Assembly (NCBI GenBank): GCA_023898425.1
Contig: CP060222.1
Span: 930,001 to 962,000, forward strand
DNA length: 32,000 nucleotides
Direction of reading: 5' to 3'
From: Candidatus Saccharimonadota bacterium
GTDB lineage: Bacteria; Patescibacteriota; Patescibacteriia; 2-12-FULL-60-25
In this document: positions 24,801-32,000 of the stretch, piece by piece
How positions within the stretch are numbered: position 1 is the stretch's first letter
How the letters are laid out: every line of letters begins with the position of its first letter
The notes under the pieces: generated by a model
Told to the model about the DNA's origin: nothing
The model's database searches: none
What the model saw: the letters and a program-made list of their open reading frames with translations, nothing else
Program-made: the position numbers and the translations under genes

Positions 24801-25786
24801 ATGAATATGGCTCTACAACATTTTCCGTAAGTGCCGAAGGTGATGCATTCTTCTTAGGCGGTGTTAGTGCAACAAGCTTTACGACACATGCGGCATTTGA
24901 TCTCGCGGAACAATACGTTTCGGCAGATACGCTAGAGCCGGGTGACATTGTTGTTGCAAGTCCAAGCGGTAATCTCATGATTCAGCGTTCTGCTGATGCA
25001 AATACCTTGCCTATGGGTATTATCTCAACAGCTCCAGGGTTTACACTTGGCGCTAAGTCAGAAGGATCATATCCTGTAGCTCTTGCTGGCCGTGTTCCTA
25101 CCAAGGTCTCTACAATTAATGGTTCTATTAAGGCTGGAGACTTGCTCGCACCAACGGATATTCCTGGCGTTGCAGGTAAAGCGGTAGAAGATGGCCCTGT
25201 AGTGGGCATTGCTCTTGAGAGTTATGAAGGTGCTGATACAGGAATGATTGAAGTCTTTGTAAAATCCGTTTGGTATTCGAAGCCTAATCAAACACCAGCG
25301 CAGATTATCGAAAATAACACCTATGTAACAAACATTTCTGAATCTTCGCCAAGTGTTGTTCGTCGCGGCCTCGCCTCTATTGAGTCTGGTGCCGTTAAAG
25401 TCCATGTCTCGTTTGAAACGTTGCTTGGCTACCCATTTGTACAGGTAACACCGCGCGGTCTCATTGTGGGATCATGGTCTACGGATAATTATAGCGATAC
25501 AGGATTTGATATCATCTTAGAGCAACCGCAAACATTTGATGTGATCTTTGGTTGGGAGGCAAGTGCGCTTAGTGGCTCAACCATGATGATGATGTCTGAT
25601 GGAACGAGCTTGCTTGTTGATCCAACGACTGGTCAGGTTATTGTGCAGGAGCCTGAAGAAGAGGTGGTTGATGATACTGAAATTATCACCGATCCTGATG
25701 TAGACGCTCCACAGGTAGATGTAGTAAGTGATCCAACAGTAGTATCTGAAGAAGTTCCTGTGCCAGAGTCTGCTCCTGAAGAGTAA
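18869..25786 (+). CDS. giant (2305 aa) tail-fibre-like surface protein with an N-terminal signal/anchor, LVIVD-like beta-propeller region and tandem C-terminal modules
   Basis: One uninterrupted 6.9-kb ORF. The N-terminal hydrophobic segment is followed by SHA-AP. A fibre-like N-module is present (VTYQARLMDASGYPVVDG...YLGVTIG...RRPITAVPQAINSAQLGG). The motif VC(L/T)xDG(T/V)xC recurs four times, and (D/S)(L/I)Gxx(S/T)x(R/K)RW recurs three times. The stretch aa ~655-1010 looks like LVIVD repeats (LSVFDISNPSLPILLGSM, TITIIDARNINSPSVVDSF). Two ~125-aa modules are of the type FDLAExY...ALAGRVPTKVS...IEVF. The tail is acidic. Confidence 0.9.
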   Translation: MHKLATYFLEGVKSVLIGSIVFIVASIILAPPSHAAPGVRANVTYQARLMDASGYPVVDGVYQIEFSLYDAAVAGNRLWSASGTTAVPLPVNVTVQDGLFTVLLGDGVTQLPFTDIDWNSDSLYLGVTIGADGEMSPRRPITAVPQAINSAQLGGMSPSSTDTYGGESQFTITQASTTAATSTRSALDVRSYGASAANDFAFRALTNAGTPAFTITSQGVVSSTNLIVAGQNVCLADGTDCLPGGIESDTLLSVTNRGSVATATLTLLGGAISNTVNVTDTATIANAVVTSTLTVSGTISSNLLPTTDLTYSLGTPSLRWNGSFGNVTILNGTTTNATSTNFFAANAALGSLIANSGNITSLLGTNATFTSVTSTNFFASLVSSTQIIVNGFDVCTSDGVNCPAGTGSLQDAYDGGRAISLNDGHIELTSVTGTSADVFADNLGATFTRMIGGGVAGVTTTGFDILGYDDGFERGVVLSFSLDRDGISALSGESYLNSTSTANIRFNAGEFSQYLELSNNTSSLYLANDYIDLAINNGSDAKANMFVGPDGVFYFSAQGSNGFFDQTGYEFYNDVSAASVMQIISQNGGNGIWVGSDNDPNTQSYFPGAISDLLFRPNTTGGPGTQLYVNTDGTDTGWTGIATVDMLSGGLTATTLSRVGTSTSPLGVAYTMDVQGSLLFSVHNTYFANTHDWKLWDVSNKDVPVQVYATGSSALNYVNSGKLAGDRLYTVDTTSTKLSVFDISNPSLPILLGSMTGTSTPLSLEKKLVIEGSNVYMASEIGLTIINAKNPAAMSVTSFTSVVTPGGGITPVRMDAQDGYVYLSTKFGVSQPTSTITIIDARNINSPSVVDSFEVPAATFRGDDIAVSNEKLYIYISSGGSEYIRRYSIADRENPVLETTFPVNNGTGEFFVNKGLVITRDASSIMLYNEDGLLIDSSSSSHSGAITYEGGQIYASNFEGPTIKLAVYDIGGVNVNALNVANASIGSATVANNLTVNGRSSFVNGITVQGRGVCLSDGTNCPASGSGSLQSAYDLGRTVTTTNGGITLLSPTVGGTNLYPTADLDLKEIIGGGFEYDPNQGFGIAQYSSTTAAVSSGTMMYFSTDRSNPFGPSATSTFIISDLEIGAMYLGNPLTDNVLSLYNDSSSLVFDNFITLDAPTLNFIGDLDLQGTVTSDISPFSSLSFDLGISTARWRFGYFGTVSSTAVQAGSVTVGGQSVCLANGTNCLANGSLQSAYNIGKSITLNSGHIELTSVTGTSSDFLTEDFGATATRMIGGGIAGVTTTGFDIIGYDTGNGRGVELTFSSDRDGVNAPAGQSYLYGASTARISYLTDKFDNPSLLLSTNTSTITVGNDYLYFSVVDNGTSAANMSMDIDGLFSLETQVGGGVDDVAPIRFSNGVDIGAMIELRSQLTNASIWLIDDQDPNTLGYTPSAISDLMFRSNSTAGPGSQLYVNTDGTDTGWTGIATVDMLSSLTLQDVYNAGTSISTGFGPVVLNASTTGPDLFPAFPWLDSYRTLVSKGFDDDGIAFNHGSGTWDNQHYIEFFNDVSLPPITSVSSSYIMGDTMAGTLDLVGGRGVNIGLGNATTTFNTNVIVAPGKGVASNFSPFLSDTYSIGDASKRWDRGFFNAVSSTLLDLVSGSIAIGNYGASSTPVLSASHNQGGIDGFDVLMLNDIGVTGTALFTTADRSKGLPFQNNGLTKTTSTALYSYYTDVSSTLILLNKANDNASMINMTDSNIDISAAVGTSTDGLITMRGESIGPAVRVSNNSSSLDQSWDLFARRLLVGEAVSATGTADYNMVISYTNAGLCLDDVTNGATCPTSVAGSIFADGTITSDAFDLAEMYNVSGTASAGDLVKITKTATATVEITNGIEYDNDTIGVISTKPGFLLGWEGDVQVALAGRVPTKVSVGNGTIVAGDRLTTSPIPGVAMKATRPGQIIGIALEDANVSGVIEVFIQPGFDMSSAFAADGSMTLVNEYGSTTFSVSAEGDAFFLGGVSATSFTTHAAFDLAEQYVSADTLEPGDIVVASPSGNLMIQRSADANTLPMGIISTAPGFTLGAKSEGSYPVALAGRVPTKVSTINGSIKAGDLLAPTDIPGVAGKAVEDGPVVGIALESYEGADTGMIEVFVKSVWYSKPNQTPAQIIENNTYVTNISESSPSVVRRGLASIESGAVKVHVSFETLLGYPFVQVTPRGLIVGSWSTDNYSDTGFDIILEQPQTFDVIFGWEASALSGSTMMMMSDGTSLLVDPTTGQVIVQEPEEEVVDDTEIITDPDVDAPQVDVVSDPTVVSEEVPVPESAPEE
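18966..19955 (+). repeat. paralogous block 1 shared with 26206-27194 (about 0.99 kb, direct orientation)
   Basis: The base-by-base offset is 7239, changing by 1 at single-base indels. Flanking tracts are identical. A diverged patch (about 19190-19400 / 26430-26640) carries mostly synonymous changes. Confidence 0.9.
22511..24900 (+). repeat. paralogous block 2 shared with 27457-29845 (about 2.4 kb, direct orientation)
   Basis: The offset is 4946, then 4945 after a 1-bp deletion in the downstream copy. Long near-identical tracts are interrupted by a diverged patch (23645-23815 / 28590-28760). Divergence rises after about 24565 / 29510. Confidence 0.9.
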
Positions 25787-25819
25787 AAACAATAAACAGT
25801 TTATACACATTTTATCAAC

Positions 25820-25856
25820 AAGCCCCGTATGATGCGAAAAATGCACATACGGGGCT
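25820..25856 (+). terminator. terminator hairpin after the giant gene
   Basis: aagccccgtatg (25820-25831), a 13-nt loop, then catacggggctt (25845-25856), followed by tgttt. Confidence 0.6.
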
Positions 25857-26110
25857 TTGTTTAGCGAAATATTATAACTTGGCTCATCGATTAGTTAATC
25901 AAAGCTATAATAAAGATAACCATTTGCAGAGTCCTGAATCTCGTTGGGGAATGAGATTCTTGTGATGAGAAGTGGTCAGTATGAAAGATATTTTGTGGGG
26001 TCTGATGTCACTGAAATAATCAGTAACATAAGATAAATGGTCTACTCATAAAATAGAAAATTCCTACCAATATATTATTGGCGGTATTGTTTTTGATATT
26101 GACTACAGCG

Positions 26111-27088
26111 ATGGAGAGTAATCTCTATGAATATTTTGCAAAACGCAAAGCGCACGCTCTTTTTGCCGCAATACTATTTTGCGGTCTCCTTTTTTTCGAC
26201 CTCTGCTCACGCCGCCCCGGCGTCCGTGCTAATGTCACCTACCAAGCTCGTCTCATGGATGCCTCAGGCTATCCAGTGGTAGATGGTGTCTATCAAATAG
26301 AGTTTAGTCTCTATGATGCAGCTGTAGCAGGCAATCGTCTTTGGTCAGCTAGTGGTACTACAGCTGTCCCTTTGCCTGTTAATGTCACCGTTCAAGATGG
26401 TCTCTTTACCGTTCTTCTTGGTGATGGTGTTACTCAACTCCCATTTACCAATATTGATTGGAACTCAGACAGCCTCTATCTCGGTGTAACTATTGGAGCC
26501 GATGGAGAAATGAGTCCACGAAGACCCATTACAGCCGTTCCTCAAGCCATTAATTCTGCTCAACTTGGCGGAATGAGTCCATCTAGTACTGACACCTATG
26601 GTGGAGAATCACAATTCACCATCACTCAAGCTTCAACCACCGCAGCCACTTCAACCAGAAGTGCTTTAGATGTGAGATCCTATGGCGCAAGTGCAGCAAA
26701 TGACTTTGCTTTTAGAGCTCTCACCAATGCAGGTACGCCAGCATTTACTATTACCTCTCAAGGCGTTGTATCAAGCACGAATCTTATCGTTGCTGGTCAG
26801 AATGTTTGTTTAGCCGATGGGACGGATTGTTTGCCAGGGGGTATTGAGTCTGACACCCTTCTCTCCGTTACTAACCGAGGCTCTGTTGCTACAGCAACCC
26901 TCACCCTTCTTGGAGGAGCTATTTCTAATACCGTAAACGTTACAGATACAGCAACGATCGCAAATGCTGTTGTTACGAGTACTCTCACGGTTTCTGGGAC
27001 AATCCATCAAATCTTCTTCCAACCACTGACCTTACCTATTCTCTTGGTACACCATCTCTACGTTGGAATGGCAGTTTCGGCAATGTGA
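26111..27088 (+). pseudogene. fragment 1 of the disrupted tandem paralog of the giant fibre gene (own N-terminal leader + fibre N-module)
   Basis: The track ORF is 26078-27088 and the likely ATG is 26111 (MESNLYEYFAKRKAHALFAAILFCGLLFF). It matches the giant protein from PGVRANVTYQ to TLTVSGTI. A 1-bp deletion relative to 19766 (aatctcatc versus aatccatc at 27004/27005) then shifts the frame, and a stop follows at 27086-27088. Confidence 0.8.
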
Positions 27089-28029
27089 CCATCCTTAATG
27101 GCACAACGACCAATGCCACCTCAACGAATTTCTTTGCTGCGAATGCAGCCTTAGGTTCTTTGATCGCAAACTCCGGCAATATCACAAGTCTTCTTGCAAC
27201 AAATGCGACATTCACAAGCGTTACTTCAACGAATGGCTTCTTCTCAAGCCTTGTTGGCTCCACCTTTGCTGCTGGTTCAGCAACGGTTGGTACTTCAACC
27301 ATCGGTTTCGTGAATGTGACAGGCTCTCTTTTTGCTCCAAGTGGAACGATAACAGATCTTAATGGCTCTGGTCTCGTCTTCTCGAATGCAACCTTTACCA
27401 ATGCGACCGCAACAACCCTCTTTGCTTCTCTTGTTTCTTCCTCTCAAATATTCGTTGGTGGTCAGAGCGTCTGTTTAGCAAATGGTACAAATTGTTTAGC
27501 GGATGGGTCACTTCAAAGCGCTTATAATGCTGGTAAATCCATCACGTTAAACAGCGGTCATATCGAATTAACCTCAGTAACGGGCACAAGCTCAGATTTT
27601 CTTACGGAGGATTTTGGTGCTACAGCTACTCGAATGATTGGTGGTGGTATTGCCGGCGTTACGACCACCGGTTTTGATATCATAGGTTATGATACGGGGA
27701 ACGGTAGAGGCGTAGAGCTCACATTTAGCTCAGATCGTGATGGTGTGAATGCGCCAGCTGGTCAAAGCTATCTGTACGGTGCAAGCACGGCAAGAATCTC
27801 TTATTTAACAGATAAGTTTGATAACCCATCGTTACTTCTCAGCACAAACACATCTACGATTACGGTTGGTAATGACTATCTTTATTTCTCAGTAGTGGAT
27901 AATGGCACTAGCGCTGCAAACATGAGCATGGATATCGATGGCCTTTTCTCGCTCGAAACACAGGTAGGAGGTGGTGTGGATGATGTGGCACCAATTAGGT
28001 TCAGTAACGGTGTCGATATTGAGCGATGA
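27085..28029 (+). pseudogene. fragment 2 of the disrupted paralog
   Basis: The homologous frame is already open from about 27007 (SSNLLPTTDLTYSLG...). This fragment contains a 260-bp segment unique to this copy (27196-27456). It then rejoins the giant gene at its VGGQSVCLANGTNC module. It ends after a 1-bp deletion (tattggagcg versus tattgagcg at 28020/28021). Confidence 0.8.
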
Positions 28030-30029
28030 TTGAGCTACGCTCTCAATTAACAAACGCCTCAATATGGCTTATTGATGATCAAGATCCAAATACGCTTGGT
28101 TACACGCCTTCCGCTATTAGTGACTTAATGTTCCGTTCAAATTCTACGGCGGGTCCAGGCTCCCAACTTTATGTAAATACTGATGGTACAGATACAGGTT
28201 GGACGGGTATTGCTACGGTAGATATGTTAAGCAGCCTCACGCTACAGGATGTTTACAATGCAGGCACATCTATTAGTACAGGCTTTGGTCCGGTGGTGCT
28301 AAACGCTTCAACCACAGGCCCTGATTTATTCCCTGCTTTTCCATGGTTAGATTCGTATCGCACTCTTGTTTCTAAAGGTTTTGATGATGACGGTATCGCC
28401 TTTAATCATGGCTCTGGTACATGGGACAATCAACATTATATTGAGTTCTTTAATGATGTATCTTTGCCGCCAATCACTTCTGTTTCTAGCTCATATATTA
28501 TGGGTGATACTATGGCAGGAACACTTGATTTGGTTGGAGGAAGAGGTGTTAATATAGGGCTAGGAAATGCAACAACGACATTCAATACAAATATTATTGT
28601 AACCCCAGGAAAAGGTATTGCAAGTAATTTCTCACCGTTTTTAAATGATACCTATACTATAGGAGATGCTAGTAAACGTTGGAATCGAGGCTACTTTAAC
28701 GCTGTAAGTTCTACGCTTCTTGATTTAGTTAGTGGTTCAGTTGTTATTGGTAATTATGGCGCGTCATCTACGCCTGTGCTCTCAGCTTCTCACAACCAAG
28801 GTGGTATTGATGGCTTCGATGTCCTTATGCTTAATGATATTGGAGTGACAGGTACGGCGCTCTTTACAACCGCTGATCGAAGTAAGGGGTTACCATTCCA
28901 GAATAACGGTCTAACTAAGACAACTTCTACTGCATTATACAGTTATTATACAGATGTTTCTTCAACGTTGATTTTGCTAAACAAGGCAAATGACAATGCA
29001 TCAATGATTAACATGACGGATAGCAATATTGATATTTCTGCTGCCGTAGGCACTTCTACAGATGGTCTTATAACTATGAGAGGAGAGTCTATTGGTCCTG
29101 CTGTCCGTGTTTCAAACAATAGCTCTTCGTTAGATCAAAGTTGGGATCTATTTGCTCGTCGTTTATTAGTGGGTGAAGCTGTAAGCGCGACGGGTACGGC
29201 TGATTATAATATGGTGATCAGTTATACAAATGCAGGGCTTTGTTTGGACGATGTAACCAACGGAGCAACCTGTCCAACATCTGTTGCAGGATCAATCTTT
29301 GCAGACGGTACCATCACTTCAGATGCGTTCGATCTTGCCGAAATGTACAATGTCTCCGGTACGGCCTCAGCTGGTGATCTCGTCAAAATCACAAAAACAG
29401 CTACGGCTACCGTAGAAATCACAAATGGTATCGAGTATGACAATGACACCATTGGTGTTATCTCCACAAAACCAGGTTTCTTGCTTGGTTGGGAAGGTGA
29501 CGTTCAAGTAGCTCTCGCTGGTCGAGTCCCTACAAAAGTTTCTGTAGGAAACGGTACGATTGTAGCTGGTGATCGTCTCACAACCTCGCCGATTCCAGGT
29601 GTAGCAATGAAGGCAACGCGCCCTGGACAAATCATCGGTATTGCTCTCGAAGACGCTCATGTTAGCGGTGTAATCGAAGTCTTTATTCAGCCTGGCTTTG
29701 ATATGAGTTCTGCCTTTGCTGCGGATGGATCAATGACCCTTACAAATGAATACGGATCAACGACATTCTCTGTAAGTGCCGAAGGTGATGCGTTCTTCTT
29801 AGGCGGTGTTAGTGCAACAAGCTTTACGACGCATGCGGCATTTGATTTGGCTGAACGATATTCTTCGCCAGACAAGCTTGAGCCAGGAGACTTGGTAATG
29901 ATCAATGCAAAAGCGGATATGCAAATGGTACGTACCATGGATGAATCTTCGACGGCCGTTGGTATTATTTACTACTGCCCTGGATTTACCTTGGTGCTGC
30001 TACTGAGGGGACATTCCCGGTTGCCTTAG
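28026..30029 (+). pseudogene. fragment 3 of the disrupted paralog
   Basis: 667 aa, nearly identical to giant-protein residues of about 1405-2020. It ends after an apparent 1-bp deletion in ttggg (29991-29995), because the FTLGAATEGTFPVALAGRVPTKVST reading continues in another frame. Confidence 0.8.
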
Positions 30030-30037
30030 CGGGCCGC

Positions 30038-30670
30038 GTGCCAACCAAGGTGTCTACAATGAATGGCGCTATTGCTTCAGGTGATGCAATTATGGTGTCT
30101 TCTATACCTGGTGTTGGAGTAAAAGCTACTAATGAAGGGATGATTGTAGGGTATGCGTTAGAATCATTCGAAAAAGGTGATATTGGGATGATTGAAGTCT
30201 TTGTCCAACCAGGTTATTGGATGCCTGCGCAAAACAACGCGAAGAATCTTACTGCTGACGTAGCTACCCAATCAGGCGCGCAGCATCAAGGATTCGCTTT
30301 TATTGAGATGGAAGGCACTTCGGTACATGTCTCATATCCGAGTATTCTTGCTTACCCTGTACCTCAGGTGACGGCCCTAACTCATGTAAAGGGAGATTGG
30401 TGGTTAGATAAAATTACCGACGAAGGGTTTGATATTGTTCTTGAAACAAAGCAAGACGTAGATATTCGATTTGCCTGGCAGGTAAATCCAGCTCAAGTTG
30501 GTACGCTTCAGTATCATTCTGATGGCACCTACGGTGAAATTGATCCGCTAACAGGTAAATTAATTGTGATTGAAGAGGATCCTATCGAAGAACCTGTAGA
30601 TGATCCTGCAATAGACCAAATCGAAGAACCTATTGTACCAGAAGTCGTAGTTGAAGAGGTTGTTGAATAG
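30038..30670 (+). pseudogene. fragment 4 of the disrupted paralog (diverged C-terminal module and acidic tail)
   Basis: The homologous frame is open from 29993. The sequence (V)PTKVSTMNGAIASGDAI...MIEVFVQPG...GFDIVLE... parallels the giant protein C-terminus at lower identity. Confidence 0.8.
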
Positions 30671-30687
30671 CGATATTGATCTTAATT

Positions 30688-30714
30688 TAAAAAGCGCACA
30701 ATATGCGCTTTTTA
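30688..30714 (+). terminator. rho-independent terminator after the paralog
   Basis: aaaagcgca caata tgcgcttttt. Confidence 0.6.
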
Positions 30715-30730
30715 AATTGGCCTACGTATA

Positions 30731-30739
30731 TGCTATACT
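30731..30739 (+). promoter_or_regulatory. possible extended -10 promoter element (TGcTATACT)
   Basis: tgctatact at 30731-30739. I see no good -35 element. It lies 95 nt upstream of ATG 30834. Confidence 0.3.
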
Positions 30740-30833
30740 CCACGCATTACTATAAACGCCCTTTTGGTATGTCCAATATTTTTTCTACTATCCAACCCTC
30801 TCCTTCGGTCCAAACGCCTGAACCGGCAAAAAA

Positions 30834-31175
30834 ATGCCAGGTCTCGCGAAGTTTTTAAGTCGCTTTATTGACGGATGTTTGTACCTTTTGGTATTTGCGC
30901 TTCCGCTTATTGCTTGCCAAAGATTTACGGACGCCATTGATTTTAGCAAACAAAGCGTTTTAATCCCGGTTGTTGCTTTTATGCTAGTCGCTTGGATCGC
31001 AAAGGTTGTTGCGGAGCGCAAACTCGTCTTAACACGTCATTGGATGCATGTTGTTGTTGGGTTGTATGGTATCGGGTATTTATTGTCCGCGGCGTTTTCA
31101 CAGGATAGAGCCCTCTCTCGTTTTTTGGAGCTCCGGGGCAGGTTGTTTGGTCGTTTGCAACCGTTATTTCGTTGA
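30834..31175 (+). pseudogene. O-antigen-ligase-like polytopic membrane protein, N-terminal fragment (frame broken near 31110-31126)
   Basis: 113-aa ORF with hydrophobic helices (CLYLLVFALPLIA, VLIPVVAFMLVAWIAKV, VVVGLYGIGYLL). After SQDRA the sensible reading (PLSFFGAPGQVVWSFATVISLIALYFVV) continues in another frame. Confidence 0.55.
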
Positions 31176-32000
31176 TTGCTCTCTACTTTGTCGTTACACA
31201 TCAAGTACGTTCAACGCAAAAGCTTTATGATCTTCTCTTAGCTTATCTAGGAGGCTCTTTGTTTGTTGCTCTATTTGGGTTATTGCAGATTTTTGGCGTA
31301 CATCTCGTTGGTGGTGTTTTTCAAAACAATGGCATAAATACGGTCGGTACAGCATATTCGCTCGCCGCATATCTTGTTGTTCCGTTATTATTGTCCGCTG
31401 GACTCGCTTTTCATGGTTGCCGTAATAAAGTTTGTTTACTTGGTTCAAGTGGCACCGCAGGCAAAGTAGCAAGATTGATTGTATGGACGACGGGCATCGT
31501 ATCACTTGCATACATTCTATTGGTTGATTATTGGCTTACTTGGGCGATTATTTTGGTGGGTGCCATTACGATGGTCGTTATTGCTTTTGCACGTACCAGA
31601 AAAGTAACAAGCCCTGTTAAGCTCGTGATCCCAGGATTGCTTATCCTTCTCTCTGTTGTACTCCTTGCCTTTAAAGTACCTGTTTCATTAAATGTCGCTA
31701 GCGAAGTATCACCTTCGGCAACAGCATCTTATGCCATTGCAAAACAGGCTTTACGTGACAATGTTATCTTTGGCACAGGTCCTGGCACATGGATTTACGA
31801 TTATGCGAAATACCGTAATCAATTGGTAAACCTCTCGCCATTCTGGAATGTACGATTTGATCGTGGGTATTCTGCATTCATGACCTTGCTTGCTACAACA
31901 GGTATTGCTGGCATCTCGTTATGGCTTATTGTTATCTTGTCACTTGCAGTAAAAGCAGTCAGTAGGCTCTTTAAAAGAAAAAAAGATGATGATACGTGGT
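31109..32000 (+). pseudogene. O-antigen-ligase-like membrane protein, continuation in a second frame; runs off the right window edge
   Basis: My translation is open from 31109 to the window end. It shows multiple TM helices and the motif NVIFGTGPGTWIYDYAKYR, typical of Wzy/O-antigen-ligase-like proteins. It is absent from the ORF track because no stop lies inside the window. Confidence 0.6.

Noticed and set aside
18869-30670. A prophage or phage tail module, because of the tail-fibre-like motifs.
   Set aside because: No capsid, terminase, baseplate, integrase or lysis genes lie anywhere in the window. The proteins carry signal peptides or anchors and sit among housekeeping and envelope genes.
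30769-30858. A 29-aa ORF (MSNIFSTIQPSPSVQTPEPAKKCQVSRSF) overlapping the start of the ligase-like gene across an A7 run, considered as an N-terminal extension by frameshift.
   Set aside because: An in-frame TGA (30819-30821) lies just upstream of ATG 30834 in the gene frame. The short peptide has no membrane or signal character, and nothing shows it belongs to the gene.

Overview
AT-rich bacterial chromosome segment (roughly 40% GC by eye) with compact genes and no Shine-Dalgarno motifs before the starts I checked. This fits a small-genome Patescibacteria/CPR-like organism, but that is inference only. The first 12 kb is a replication-origin housekeeping neighbourhood: a truncated CYTH/P-loop fusion gene, dnaA, a DnaA-box-rich dnaA-dnaN spacer (candidate oriC), dnaN, a PBP1A-family synthase, a 3D-domain wall protein, tRNA-Cys, polA, a possible holA, rpsT and tRNA-Arg(CCU). 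A 770-bp non-coding region (12.8-13.6 kb) holds a second DnaA-box cluster, including a perfect 26-bp direct repeat that joins a DnaA box to a 14-bp palindrome. The rest is an accessory cell-surface locus. It starts with a three-gene secreted/membrane operon (13591-18712), followed by a 2305-aa tail-fibre-like giant protein (18869-25786). Directly downstream is a tandem shorter paralog (26.1-30.7 kb). Its identity to the giant gene is mosaic, near-100% tracts alternating with patches of mostly synonymous divergence. Three 1-bp deletions break it into four ORFs. An O-antigen-ligase-like membrane gene follows and also appears frameshifted. The surface-fibre locus with its broken paralog is the most interesting part. 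Function is unassigned, and assembly error must be excluded for the frameshifts.
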